Positions 24,391-35,292 of a DNA stretch of 64,000 nucleotides are shown piece by piece. This stretch comes from Squalus acanthias (Eukaryota), in the NCBI GenBank assembly GCA_030390025.1, contig CM059433.1, positions 868,001-932,000 on the forward strand. Direction: 5' to 3'. A program made the position numbers and the translations under genes. Positions within the stretch are counted from its first letter, which is position 1, and the number at the start of each line of letters is the position of its first letter. The notes below the pieces were generated by a model, which saw nothing but the letters and a program-made list of their open reading frames with translations, was not told where the DNA came from and did no database searches.

Positions 24391-26040
24391 TGCAGTGAGG
24401 GCCAGGAGGGATGTGTTGTTCCCCACAAGTGGGAAGAAGAAACCTGCTGCCACAGCCAAGTAGGCTTGGATGGAGATGGCAGAGGAAGTCAGCAGCGGCA
24501 GAGTGATGCCAAGGTCCTAGATACAGTACAGGAAATGGTTCAATGACCTGACTAGGTCAGGAAAGGTCAGCACATGTCCTTTACCCATCTCCTGCAATGC
24601 AGCTCCTTCCACTCCCCCTTGTCCATCCTACACCATTCAAAACACTCCTCACCCCTGCATCACTTTCCTCAGCATCAATCACCAGGGTACACTGCACCAC
24701 TTCTCATCCTCACTCCAACACATGCTCAACTCCCACTTTCTCCTTTCACTGCTGCCAATAACCCCATTCTCCTCTCATCTGAGCAGCTCGACCTGCACCT
24801 ACTCTCAGCAGACCTCCTCAATTCGCACTGTAGTCACTATCCATAACTGAATGATACCCCACTATTTCATCTGCTTGATTCTCCCTTTAACCTTATGCAC
24901 TATATTCAGAGGATGCACACATCCTCGCTAGCCACTCATGCCATTGTCCCACCTCTTTTTCAGAAGAGAGTGCAGAATTCCAGGGAGAGGGCCAGGATCG
25001 TCAGAGAACCCCCAGATTTCGTAAAAGTAACCCCGCGGAAGAGGAGGCCCTTGAGATAAACGGGACCAGCAACACCCTCAGCATAGGTGATGGAGATGTT
25101 CGTGGATTTGCAGAAGGGTGTAACTATTTTCAACTCACACACTCATCTCACACACTCATCTCACACACACTCATCTCACACACTCATCTCACACACACTC
25201 ATCTCACACAACCAAGTGCACCGTCAGCCTACTTCAACACATCAAGTGGTTAAGTGCTTCGTGTGGTCATGTACATTTTCTTACTACCATCACTAAATCT
25301 TTAACATTTGTCTTTCTTCCAGGGCTCTCATATGGACTGCACAAACCCCAGCCCTCAAAGGAAGAAGACTCCTCAGAGGAACTCATCCCTCCTGAGGACG
25401 TACCGTCACATGTTACATGGTCACAGGCACCAGTACAGAAACTTGTACATCGAGTGGGCGTCTTAGTGAGATAGATGGCTGGCACTGGATGAGTCTCAAG
25501 TACAAGTGAGCAGGAGCAGATAGTGATGGTTGGCACAGCCGAGGAGAATATGCACCAGAGGCCGCCGTCCTCTCCAAGCTCTGCTCAGCAGGACAGAGAT
25601 GCGCAACTCTCGGGGCCAACCATGAAAATGAGAATACTTGAGGCACAGGAACAAATGTGTGAGTTGCTGGCTGTCCTGCCAGGCACTCTATCACCATAGC
25701 AGGAAGGTCCACCTTCACCATCTGTGAGGTGCTCTCACAGGTGTTCTCAAATCTGCAATCTACCTTGGTGCATGTGGCCCCCTCTAGGAACACTGCAGCC
25801 TAGCCCTCACAGCAGGGGTCAGTGCAACCAGCCTTTGTGGCCTTGATAGAGGGTCAAACGACTGCTACACAGACTCTCGGCTCCAACATCTGCTCCACCC
25901 TAGAGAAGCTGGTGGACAAAGTAGATCCAAAGCTTCACTCATCTCCTCCAGCCTTCTCTCCCACAGACCTGCAGGGCTGCCCCAAGGGAGGGAGGTTGGT
26001 GGAACAGGCACAGTACATGTAGACCTCTCTCAGGACCCTC
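24391..26040 (+). pseudogene. Harbinger Myb/SANT gene remnant of a more divergent subfamily, with exon-intron structure
   Basis: AVRARRDVLFPTSGKKKPAATAK*AWMEMAEEVS...RS*IQYRKWFNDLTRSGK|gt (24391-24565), then a C/T-rich intron, then acceptor TTTTTCAG and KRVQNSRERAR (~24964). The layout parallels 31604-32350. Confidence 0.75.
25133..25210. repeat. Short tandem repeat (CTCACACACTCAT-like, 13-15 bp, ~5 copies)
   Basis: Read directly from the sequence. Confidence 0.85.
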
Positions 26041-26289
26041 TCCTGCCCTTCAGTGAGGGGAGGGGGAGTGGCGTTAGGGGTGGTGTTAGAAATGAGGCCC
26101 ATGTGTTTACCAGGAACACATAAAATAAGCTAATATCACTTCTGTCATTTAACCATCTCCTATTTTCCACTTAAGTACATTACATGTCATTCTATATCAT
26201 TTCCATTATTTTATTTGGTGTTGTCCCACCGCCCCCTGCCCCTGCCACCTTTGTTCTGTTCGTTTTAAAATGCTGTTCATAATTAACAT

Positions 26290-26390
26290 CTTCCAGCTTT
26301 GACAAAGGGTCCACACCTCAAACGTTAATTCCTCTGTTCTCTTCACAGATGCTGCCTGACCGGCTGAGGCTTTTCAGCATTTTGCTGATC
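26290..26390 (+). mobile_element. Penelope-like element terminal fragment with a decayed hammerhead-like core
   Basis: TTGACAAAGGGTCCACACCTCAAACGTTAA...CACAGATGCTGCCTGACCGGCTGAG resembles the CTGANGA...GAAAC-bearing terminal repeat of fish Penelope elements (recognised from memory). Confidence 0.5.
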
Positions 26391-26957
26391 TGGTGTAAAA
26401 GAAGGAAGCAGTTTGATGGGGCTATTCTTTGTACAATCGGAGATTACACATTATCTTGGTGCTTAGTCAACCTAGAAAGTTAATGGCCTTTATCAGAGCA
26501 TTAATAACAAATCGGCTGACGGAAAGGTTTGAAGAAGCAAGGTACAGCTGAATGGAAACAGGAATAGATCTATAAAACTCTGATCCCAATGAATTCACTC
26601 ACACATCACCTTGTAGTTAGTTGTATGTTAACTATATCAACCCTTAATGGTGTGAAAAAGATAAGGTTTCATTCTGACACACCAGAACATCTTGTCTCAC
26701 GCTCTAAAATGTAACTTATAAATAAATTCACATGGGTCGCATTTCACTAAAGAGTGACTTTGATGTCCATGAGTGGCTATGAATAATAAAGTGTTTGTTT
26801 TGCTGCAGAGAAAACGCAATGAATGTTTATTCAGGGCGAGGAATGGATTGTGAGTAAACTGACGGATCTTTTTATCCCAGTGTATCATTTTCAAATCTAT
26901 TAACTTTCTTCAAGAATATTGACACCAAATAGTAGTTGGTTACAGTTAGAGTCATAG

Positions 26958-27758
26958 TGGGCGCTTTTGCCAGCCCTGGGGAGGCGGGTATGGAGGCGGG
27001 ACTGCCGGGAAAATGGCAGAATTTGGGGGCGGGTGCCCAGGAGGCGGGTAGCCGTCCCGCGCCGGGTCCCGTCTCCTTGGAGGCGGGAAGGGATTAAAGC
27101 CTATTAACTGCCTGTTAACAGGTAGTTAACAGGCAGAAAATAGGATTATCCCCTTTTTGCCCTCACAAGTGCGGGCTTCCCAAAGGCTCCAAAACCCGCC
27201 AGCTCAGCGAGGCGAATACTGGGTCTGCGGGGGTCGGGGTGCAAAAGTGCGCTGTGGAGGTGAGTGATGGGTGCAAGAGTGTAGAGGTGAGTATCTGAGG
27301 TAAGTGCAAAGTGTTTTTAAATGTGTACTTACCTTTGTTTCTTCCTGCAGGCTTCAGTCGGTTTGTATGCGGAGACTCTCGGACCTCCATGTTGCAGATG
27401 AGAGATGGCCGTTGCATTCTCACATGCAACAACCATCTTATTTTTGTAAAAGAAAGAAGGTTGATGAGGTCTTGTATGCAAGACCTCATCAAACTGCAGA
27501 GAATGTCACTGTTTGACAGCTTCACAGAGCTGTCAAACGATGACAATTCATCTGTCAAAAATGTTGACAGATGAAACATCATACGTTGACGTACTCTGCA
27601 ACTGGCTTTCCCTTGATTGGCCTGCTTAGCCCGCTGGGCGGGCTTAACAAGGTCAATCAAGGGAAAATAGCGTGGGTTGGCCAATCAATGGAGGCGGGAC
27701 ATCGACCCGACAAGCAGCAGTCCCGCCTCCAATGCGCCCCCATTCACAAAATTGCCCC
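26958..27758. mobile_element. Harbinger-type MITE family X, copy 2, inserted in a CR1 tail
   Basis: Ends TGGGCGCTTTTG...CAAAATTGCCCC, colinear with 19023-19844. AGAGTCAT tail units occur on both sides. Confidence 0.85.
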
Positions 27759-27761
27759 TAT

Positions 27762-28725
27762 AAAGTCATAGAGTCATAACGGCACAGAAGGAGGTCATTC
27801 GGCCCATCGAGTCCATGCCAGCTCTCTGTAGAGCAATCCAGTCAGTCCCATTCCCCCGCTCTATCCCCGTAGCCCTGCTAGTTTCTTTCCCTCAAGTGCC
27901 AATCCAGTCTCCCCTTGAAAACATTGAGTGTCTCCGCTTCCACCACTTCCGTCGGAAGCAAATTCCAGGTCCTCACCACTCGCTGCGTAAAACAGTTTTC
28001 CCTCACATCCCTCCTGTATCTCTTGCCCAAAACCTTAAATCTGTGTCCCCTAGTCCTTGTACTATCAACTAGTGGGAACAGCCTTTCATCGTCTAGCCTA
28101 TCCAAACCCGTCATAATCTTGTACACCTCTATCAAAACACCCCTCAACCTCCTTTTCTCAAATAAAACCAAATCCAGCTTCTCCAACCTGTTCTTGTAGC
28201 TAAGATCCCCCATCCCTGGAACAATTCTGGTAAATCTCCTCTGCACCCTCTCGATGGCCTTCACATCCTGCCTAAAGTGTGGTGACCAGAACTGGACGCA
28301 ATACTCCAGTTGTGGCCTAACCAGCGCTTTATAACGGTTCAGCATAACCTCTCTACTTTTGTACTCAATACCTCTATTTATGAAGCCCAAGATCCCATAT
28401 GCTTTGCTAACCACTCTCTCAATATGTCCTGCCACTTTCAGGGACCTATGCACATTAACTCCCAGGTCCCTCTGTCCCTGCACACTCTTTAAAACTGTGT
28501 CATTAAGTGTATATTGCCTCTCCCTGTTCCTTCTGCCAAAATGCATCACCTCACACTTCTCTATTAAATTCCATCTGCCATTTGTCTGCCCATTCTGCTA
28601 GCCTTTCTATGTCCTGTTGCAGTTGATTGGTATCATCATCACTGTTTGCCAGACCCCCAAGTTTGGTGTCATCGGCAAATTTAGAAATTCTACTCTGTAT
28701 TCCAATATCCAGGTCATTTATACAT
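27762..28725 (-). mobile_element. 5'-truncated CR1 (RT C-terminal half + 3' UTR)
   Basis: INDLDIG...[11 protein letters not shown] (ORF 28551-28829) and HFGRRN...LVRPQLEYCVQFWSP (27878-28549). (ATAGAGTC)n tail, and (TA)n at the truncation point. Confidence 0.93.
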
Positions 28726-29474
28726 ATATATATATATATCAAAAAAAGTTGTAGGACTTGGGTCTTTTTATAACTAATTGAGTCAGAGTACTGGGTAGTG
28801 CAGTGGGTAAGCACACCAGCCTTTGACATTGTTGGGGTGAGGTATCGGGAGCTTCACTCTGACCATGTTACACCAAGCCTGGAAATGCTGGGGTAGACTG
28901 TGAGGCCTCCTGCCCAGCAGAAACGGGAGGTAGAGCCCCGAAAATGATGGGGACTGACTTATTGCCCGGTTCCCGGTGTTGCTGTGGTCGCCGCAATCTT
29001 TTCCCGAGCCTACCGCCGGGCAGTAGGCCCATTTAAAATGCAAATCGTCATCCTAGAAGCCCGTTTCCCATTTTAAGGCAGCACTGAACTCCGCCCAGTG
29101 TCAGCTGGCAGAACAGCCGGAAGGTAAATTTGTGTTTCTGTTTACGGGGCCGGGAGGAGCAGCTCCTCTGGGCTGCACAAAACAGTCATGGGCCACTGCA
29201 GCTCACCGTTTCCCACTCACCCTGAAATTGGATCCCCTTCCACAGACCTGCCTCCTCTGGCCGGGTGTTATTGGGCGACCGTGAGCACGCTCCGCTGGCC
29301 ATATGCCCGAATTCTGCTCGAGGGGAAATCCTACCCTGTGCACTGAATAGGTTGAGTTCCTAAAGTGGAAAGTGTTCTGTTTTCCAGCACCGACATACTT
29401 CACCTTGAACAATAAAATCACCATGGCAATTTTTAAGAATGTGAATTGCACCTTGCCGATGATTTGCAGTAGTG

Positions 29475-29915
29475 ACAGTGGGTAGCCCTCTCGCCTCTGA
29501 GTCAGAAGGTTGTGGGTTCAAGTCCTGCTCCAGGGTCTTGAGCACATAAAGCTAGGCTGACACTCCCAGTGCAGTGCTGAGGGAGGTGGCGTCTTTCGGA
29601 TGAGACGTTAAACTGAGGCCACGTCTGCTCTCTCAGGTGGACGTAAAAGTTCCCACTGCACTATTTCGAAAAAGAGCAGGGGAGTTCTCCCCGGTGTCCT
29701 GGCCAATATTTATCCCTCAATCAACATAGCAAAAAAACAGATGATCAGGTCATTATCACATTGCTGTTTGTTGGAGCTTGCTGTGCGCAAATTGGCTGCC
29801 GCGTTTCCCACATTACAACAGTGACTACACTCCAAAAATACTTCATTGGCTGTAAAGCACTTTGGGACATCCTGAGGTCATGAAAGGCGCTGTAGAAATG
29901 CAAGTCTTTCTTTCT
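29475..29915 (+). mobile_element. tRNA-headed Deu-domain SINE (SacSINE1/AmnSINE1-like) with L2-like tail
   Basis: B-box GGTTCAAGTCC; central GGATGAGACGTTAAAC...GGTGTCCTGGCCAATATTT; tail TGTAAAGCACTTTGGG...GAAAGGCGCT...AAATGCAAGTCTTTC. Confidence 0.85.
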
Positions 29916-30061
29916 TTTTCCTAACTTTTATTTTTGTAATATTTGATTCGATCTTAAAATTTCATGGCAATTTGAAAATATTTCAGCCTTGGTAAATTTA
30001 ATAGCTGCAGGTAAGCTGTAAGTTATCAACCAAATATTCATTTTTTTGAAAAAGAAACAGT

Positions 30062-30241
30062 TTGAGCTCTGATTATGAAGCTTGTGTCTGTTGAACTCTG
30101 ATTATGAAGCTTGTGTCTGTTGAACTCTGATTATGAAGCTTGTGTCTGTTGAACTCTGATTATGAAGCTTGTGTCTGTTGAACTCTGATTATGAAGCTTG
30201 TGTCTGTTGAACTCTGATTATGAAGCTTGTGTCTGTTGAAC
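30062..30241. repeat. 29-bp minisatellite, ~6 near-perfect copies (TGAACTCTGATTATGAAGCTTGTGTCTGT)
   Basis: Period measured directly: GATTATGAAG at 30071, 30100, 30129 and onward. Confidence 0.95.
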
Positions 30242-31603
30242 GAGTTCAGTTTTTATATTTTAAAATTTTGGCTCAGAAACTTTTTCCTGTATAAAACTGA
30301 ACATGTCCTGAAAGGAGCATCACTGAGGTCATGGGCAGTGTGTGGGAGGGTTCTCACAGTAAGGAACCGTTCCACAAGCTCTGCCGGAGATCTCATAGCT
30401 CGGCCATCTCCTACAAGGAGGGGATGATTTGTAGTCTTTGTCTGGAGGTGATCGAGCAGATTGACAGCATGAGCTAGCATCACCGCACGCTGAGAAAAGG
30501 CAGCTTGGAAAAAGGTAAAGAATGAAAGGCATTGCAGAGAAGAGCTGTGCTACAGTAAACGCACAAAACCTTCAAGAGATCAAAATTACCCTCTGAAATA
30601 AGGGTACTACATACAAATGATGTACTCCACTACGCTAAGAATACTGATACAGGACACTCCTTCCCCCTTGATCATCCCAGAGGCAGCCAAAAGCTGGCTA
30701 CAGAACAGAGGCATTATAGAGCCAGGACCTTGAGTCGGAATGGTAGCATTAAGCCCGAAGAGGGAGAAAGAAGCCCATCCCTGGCGCAGGCCTGTCCCCC
30801 GGCATCGCCTAGTGCCAGTAGAATGAGCAGGAAATTTAAGCACTGCTGTGCAGTTGTGTAGTTAGCAGTTGTGCCTCTGAGATTGGGCCTTCTGGGTCCT
30901 GAAGCAGCTTGAAGTTCCCGATTACCTCTAAACATAGCACACGGAGTCGGGGGAGGGACTGTTCCTCCTACCTTGCCTTCTGTCTTTGGCCTGCCTCCAT
31001 AAACACTGTTAATTTTCCAGTTGGCCAGGGTTCTGCTCTGGCAATAGCACCATATGTTACTGCGAGCTCCTAACAGAGGGTGGGGGCTCAGCCAGCACTG
31101 TTCAAGGAGAGTCTGCTGGGAGGCCGCGGAAACACCTCTTGCCATGAGTTCTTCCACCGCCCCCACCCCGTGCCCCCTCAATAGAAGCCCCAGAAATCAT
31201 GGGGCCACATAAAAGGCACCAAAACTCAGCAAAATGGGAATTCCCTCAGGACAAAGGAACATTTACCCAATTGTCTTTACATAAAACAGGTTATCAAAAT
31301 CAGCAACTAAGGCCGGAATATTCTGTAGCGGGCGGGTCAGGTGCAGGCGGTCGCCGTGGCAGGTCGCGACCCCATTCTTGCTTCCATCCCGCTGCAGAAA
31401 TTGACTTTGTGATAATGGGGCCTATTAAGCCCGCCCTGCGCGTTGCCCGACCCTATTAAATGGTGCGGGTCTGAGGACGTCATCCATGACGCGTTTTCAG
31501 CCGGGATATTTAAAGGAGCCATGGCAACGTTGCATTTGAAGGTTCATCTAGGAGTGTGCAGTCATTGTACTGGAGGCTTTGATTGCTCCAAACACTTGGA
31601 GAC

Positions 31604-33383
31604 ATGACTACACAGTGGCAGGGGGCTGCACCCAGGTTCTCTGATGCCTCCCTCCCTATGCTTGTGGAGGGAGTCAGAGCACACAGGGAGGTCCTCTTCA
31701 CTTCCAATGGGCGGAAGAGACCTCCCTAGGAGACAAAGAGAGCTTGGCTCCAAATTACAGACAAGGTCAACAGCAGGGATGTGTTCAGGAGGACCTGGGT
31801 GCAGTGCTGGAAATGTTTCAATGATCTCAATAGATCAGGAAAGGTGAGTGCAAAGCCACCCTCAACTTCATCCTGCTGTGCCTCTCATCACATCCCCATC
31901 ACTCTGCCTTCCCTACCCTACTCCTGCACATCCTTACTCACTCCAACATACCTTGCACCTCCACCCATCCCTCTCTCTCTATCTACATTATCACATTCCC
32001 ATCTCACTAGCCACCCCTCACACTCACCCTCATCCTAATGCAATCATACCAACTAACAACACACAAGGAGGCCACTTGGCATTGCCACCCCAATTCATCA
32101 TAGTCTCCCTCTAAAGATGTAACCCATCCATTCCTTACACTCATTCCATCACTCTCACTCAACCTTCTCTTCTTTCCCTCCTTGCAGGAGAAGAGAGCCC
32201 ACAATAAGAGGGAGAGGGAGAGAACTGGAGGTGGGCCTCGATTATTTGCCACCCTCACAACAACAGAGGAGGCTGCATTGGAAGTATCGGGAGTGGCCGA
32301 GCCGCTGGAGGTGGGAGACGGAGAGAGGGGGACATCTCAGCAACCTGGTGACAGAATTACATATCATACAGCTACATGGCATACATCAGTCACTCATATG
32401 GGGACTGATGTCATCAGTCACTGAATGGTCATCATGTGCATAATGGTATCTGTACCCATTCTTCATATGACACCTCCAGTCTCTGAGGGTGCACCGTCAC
32501 CAGACATAAGTGCACCCAGCATCAGCGCAGATATGCGCACCTCGGTACGTCCGACGTGAGATAGAGTAGTGTCATCACCTGGTCTGTCACAAGTCACAAG
32601 TGAGCAAGAGCAGATGGTGGAGACAGGGACAGCAGTGGAGACTCCTCGCTGGAGGGCACAGGACGCTCCCAGCTCTGCTCAGCTGCATGCAGACGCTGAG
32701 ACTCAGGGGCCATCCAGAAAGAGGGCGATCCTGGAGGTGCAGGAAGAAGTGCAGGGGCCTCTGACAGCTTTGCGACCGCGATGTCTGCAAATGTTCAGAG
32801 AATGGAGGAGTCCATCTCCAACATGAGCACCACCGTGTCGCAGGCGATGGCGACTGTAGGCTCTTCCATAGATAGGATGGCCACCTACATGGAGCAGATA
32901 ATGCGCCACTCACAGGAGCACATGGTCTGTATGGAGGATAGATGGTAGAGGCTCATAGACCTCCTGTCTAGGAGGGATGTCAGTGTAGACGTGGGTCCTC
33001 ATGGCCCCACTGATGTGTAGCAAGATGCTCTCCAGCTCCTTGCTAGCGGGGAAGTGCGGGTGGGCCATGAGAGGGATGATGGTGAGAGGGGACATGGAAG
33101 TGTGGGCTCCTCTCAAAGCGTTTACACTTCTCCCCTGTTGCCAACTCCTCAGTCAGAGCCCTAGATGCCTCCTTGGATAGCGATGGCCGAGTCTGCCCCT
33201 GCACAGTTGCAGGAGGAGCAGACTTTGGCGGGGCCATCACAGGTTCCAAAACCCAGAGGACGTCTGCCAAGAGTGTCTAAGCAGTCGCATCAGGGAAGTG
33301 AGCAGGCTGCCTCTACCTCTGCTGAAGCCACAGGGGTAGCACCTCATAGAAGCACACGGAAGAGAAAGATGACATACAAGTAG
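31604..33383 (+). pseudogene. Harbinger Myb/SANT-like protein gene (spliced, disabled)
   Basis: Exon 1 (31604-31843) reads MTTQWQGAAPRFSDASL.MLVEGVRAHREVLF...*...AWLQI...RRTWVQCWKCFNDLNRSGK|GTGAGT. Acceptor TTGCAG at 32187, then EKRAHNKRERERTGGGP. Basic C-terminus RSTRKRK at ~33350-33383. Confidence 0.85.
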
Positions 33384-33681
33384 ATTCACAAGGGTAGTCA
33401 CTTGGATGTTCTATTCAATGTTAATGCCAAGTTTCCGTTAATGTGATGTCAACCATAAAAATCTTTATTTTCACCACTTTTCGGTCTTGGACAAATTTGA
33501 GTGCACCTTTGGAAGTGGCTTAATGAGTTGCAGTGAATGGTGAGATATAACGGTATCTCCAGCAATGCTGGTCAGTGTGAAAAGAATGGCTTGGACATTG
33601 TAGGGATGCTTTATGGTGTTGCTGTGGGGTGGTGCCAACCTGGCGCAGCATGTGGAAGCCATATGGGTGAACTGCATAAAG

Positions 33682-34881
33682 TTAAGTAAATCTGGCCATG
33701 GTGAGGCCATCTCTGGCCTCCCAGGCAGCAATGTGCTTGGGTGCTGGTGGGATGTGGCCCGCAGGTTCCTCCAGCTCCTGCTCCTCCTCGACTTCCAGCT
33801 GATTCTCCTCCTCCTCCTGCTCTTCCTCCTCTGAAGAGGCTGTGCGCTTAGTGCCTTGCTCCTCATGTAGCGGCAATCCTCGCTGCTGTGCTATGTTGTG
33901 CAGGGCGCAGTAGACCATGACGATTCTGGAAACCCTGGCTGGTGCATACTGAAGGGCTCCTCCAGATCCGTCAAGGCATCTGAAGTGCATTTTCAGCATG
34001 CCTATTGATGTAAGAAAACTACTAGGCACTTGGTCTAAGCGTTAAACAAAACTTTAATTAACTCTTTAATCAGGTCTAGTTGTGTCCTTCACTAGTTCCT
34101 GTTAAGAATGTCCTGCGCAAGCTGGGCCCGTGCCCGAGTATTTATACTCTCCCTGGACATCGCCACCCGCAGGCCACTCAGTATTATTTCATAAGTCATG
34201 AATGACAGATTCATGTCACCTATTGTCTACTCTATGACACATCTGGTGGAAATGTGGCTTTCATTATATCTCTCCTGGGCCCCCGTACTTGGCCTCCCCA
34301 AGAGTGTCATGAGCAACCAGCCGGAAAGTCTGTTTGGAGGAGCGAAGAGCTGAGGGAGGGTGGACTGGCGAAGGAAGAAAGAGTCATGGCAGCTGCCAGG
34401 GAATTTTGCGTACACATGCATTATGATCTTCCTATGGTTGCAGACCAGCTGCTCATTGAGGGAGTGGAAGTCCTTGTGGTTGACAAAAACTCCTGGGTGA
34501 TGATGGGATGCCCTGATGGCCACATGTGTGCAATCGATGATGCCCGGCACCCATGGGAAGCCAGCCAGAGTGGCAAAGCCGAGCGCCCGTTCATGAACAC
34601 TGGCAGTATGTGCAAATGTCGGCGACGACCTGGCGCGATAGCCTGAGCCTCCTTTGGCACTGCTGCTCAGTCATGTTGAGGAAGCTCATCCACTGCCTGT
34701 ATGCCCCGTGTTGGGGGTATCGCCTCCAGCGCGGTGCAGCCCTGCGCTGATGCCCTCTGTCCTGTGCAGCATCAGGGCGTTGAGGAGAAGGTTGGTGGTA
34801 TTGCTGTTGGTGCTGCTGGTGTTGCGGCTCATTGTGGTCCGATTCCGAGGACCAAGGTGAGACAGTATAAATGGCACCCAT
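33682..34881 (-). pseudogene. Harbinger DDE transposase (HARBI1-like), with deletion, frameshifts and an LTR insertion
   Basis: [23 protein letters not shown]...[13 protein letters not shown]...[46 protein letters not shown]...CALHNIA. Confidence 0.92.
34006..34218 (-). mobile_element. Solo LTR (213 bp) inserted in the transposase
   Basis: TG...CA termini and a perfect 5-bp TSD CCTAT (34001-05, 34219-23). Minus strand has TATAAATA (34146-34139) followed by ATTAAA (34070-65, 34058-53). Removing it rejoins ...VIE*TIGMLK. Confidence 0.8.
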
Positions 34882-35292
34882 GCTGATGGAATAGATGGCA
34901 GGTCAAGTAGAGAAGAGAGGAGCAATCTGTCAATGGAGTGATAGGTTGTATCAATGAGGTGAGACTGGATGGCAACTTTGCTGCAAACGCTTGCAGCCTG
35001 TAGAAAGCTAAATGTGTGCTGGGAATGCAGTCAGCAACAGCTTCTGCCTGAGGAAAGTGATCAGCTTTGAAGTGGGAGCTTTTAAATTACATTTCATGCT
35101 GTCATCTAATCAGCTGGAGCAATGACCATTCAACTCACGCCTAAGGCTGACAGACATGGTTCCTGAGTTACATGAATCCCGTGGGCAGCCAGGGAAATTG
35201 GAAAGGTACGCTGAAAAAGGCGCTTAAGGGTCTGACAACAAGGTCTGAATTAGGTCGTCCGCCTCTGCCAGTCGGGTCGCTGCCGCACTGGC

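Noticed and set aside
28890..29336. Additional MITE with GGGTAG...CTACCC ends
   Set aside because: The inverted match is only 6 bp with no clear TSD. Plausible, but not supportable by eye.
30062..30241. 29-bp repeat (and the 25-bp satellite) as a CRISPR array
   Set aside because: Units are head-to-tail with no unique spacers, there are no cas genes, and the context is eukaryotic.
30253..30532. Short ORFs as host exons
   Set aside because: No recognisable protein similarity in the frames I translated, and no convincing splice-site pair.
33682..34881. Domesticated HARBI1/NAIF1 host genes
   Set aside because: The frames contain stops, frameshifts, a deletion and an LTR insertion, are enclosed by TIRs, and have related copies in the same window.
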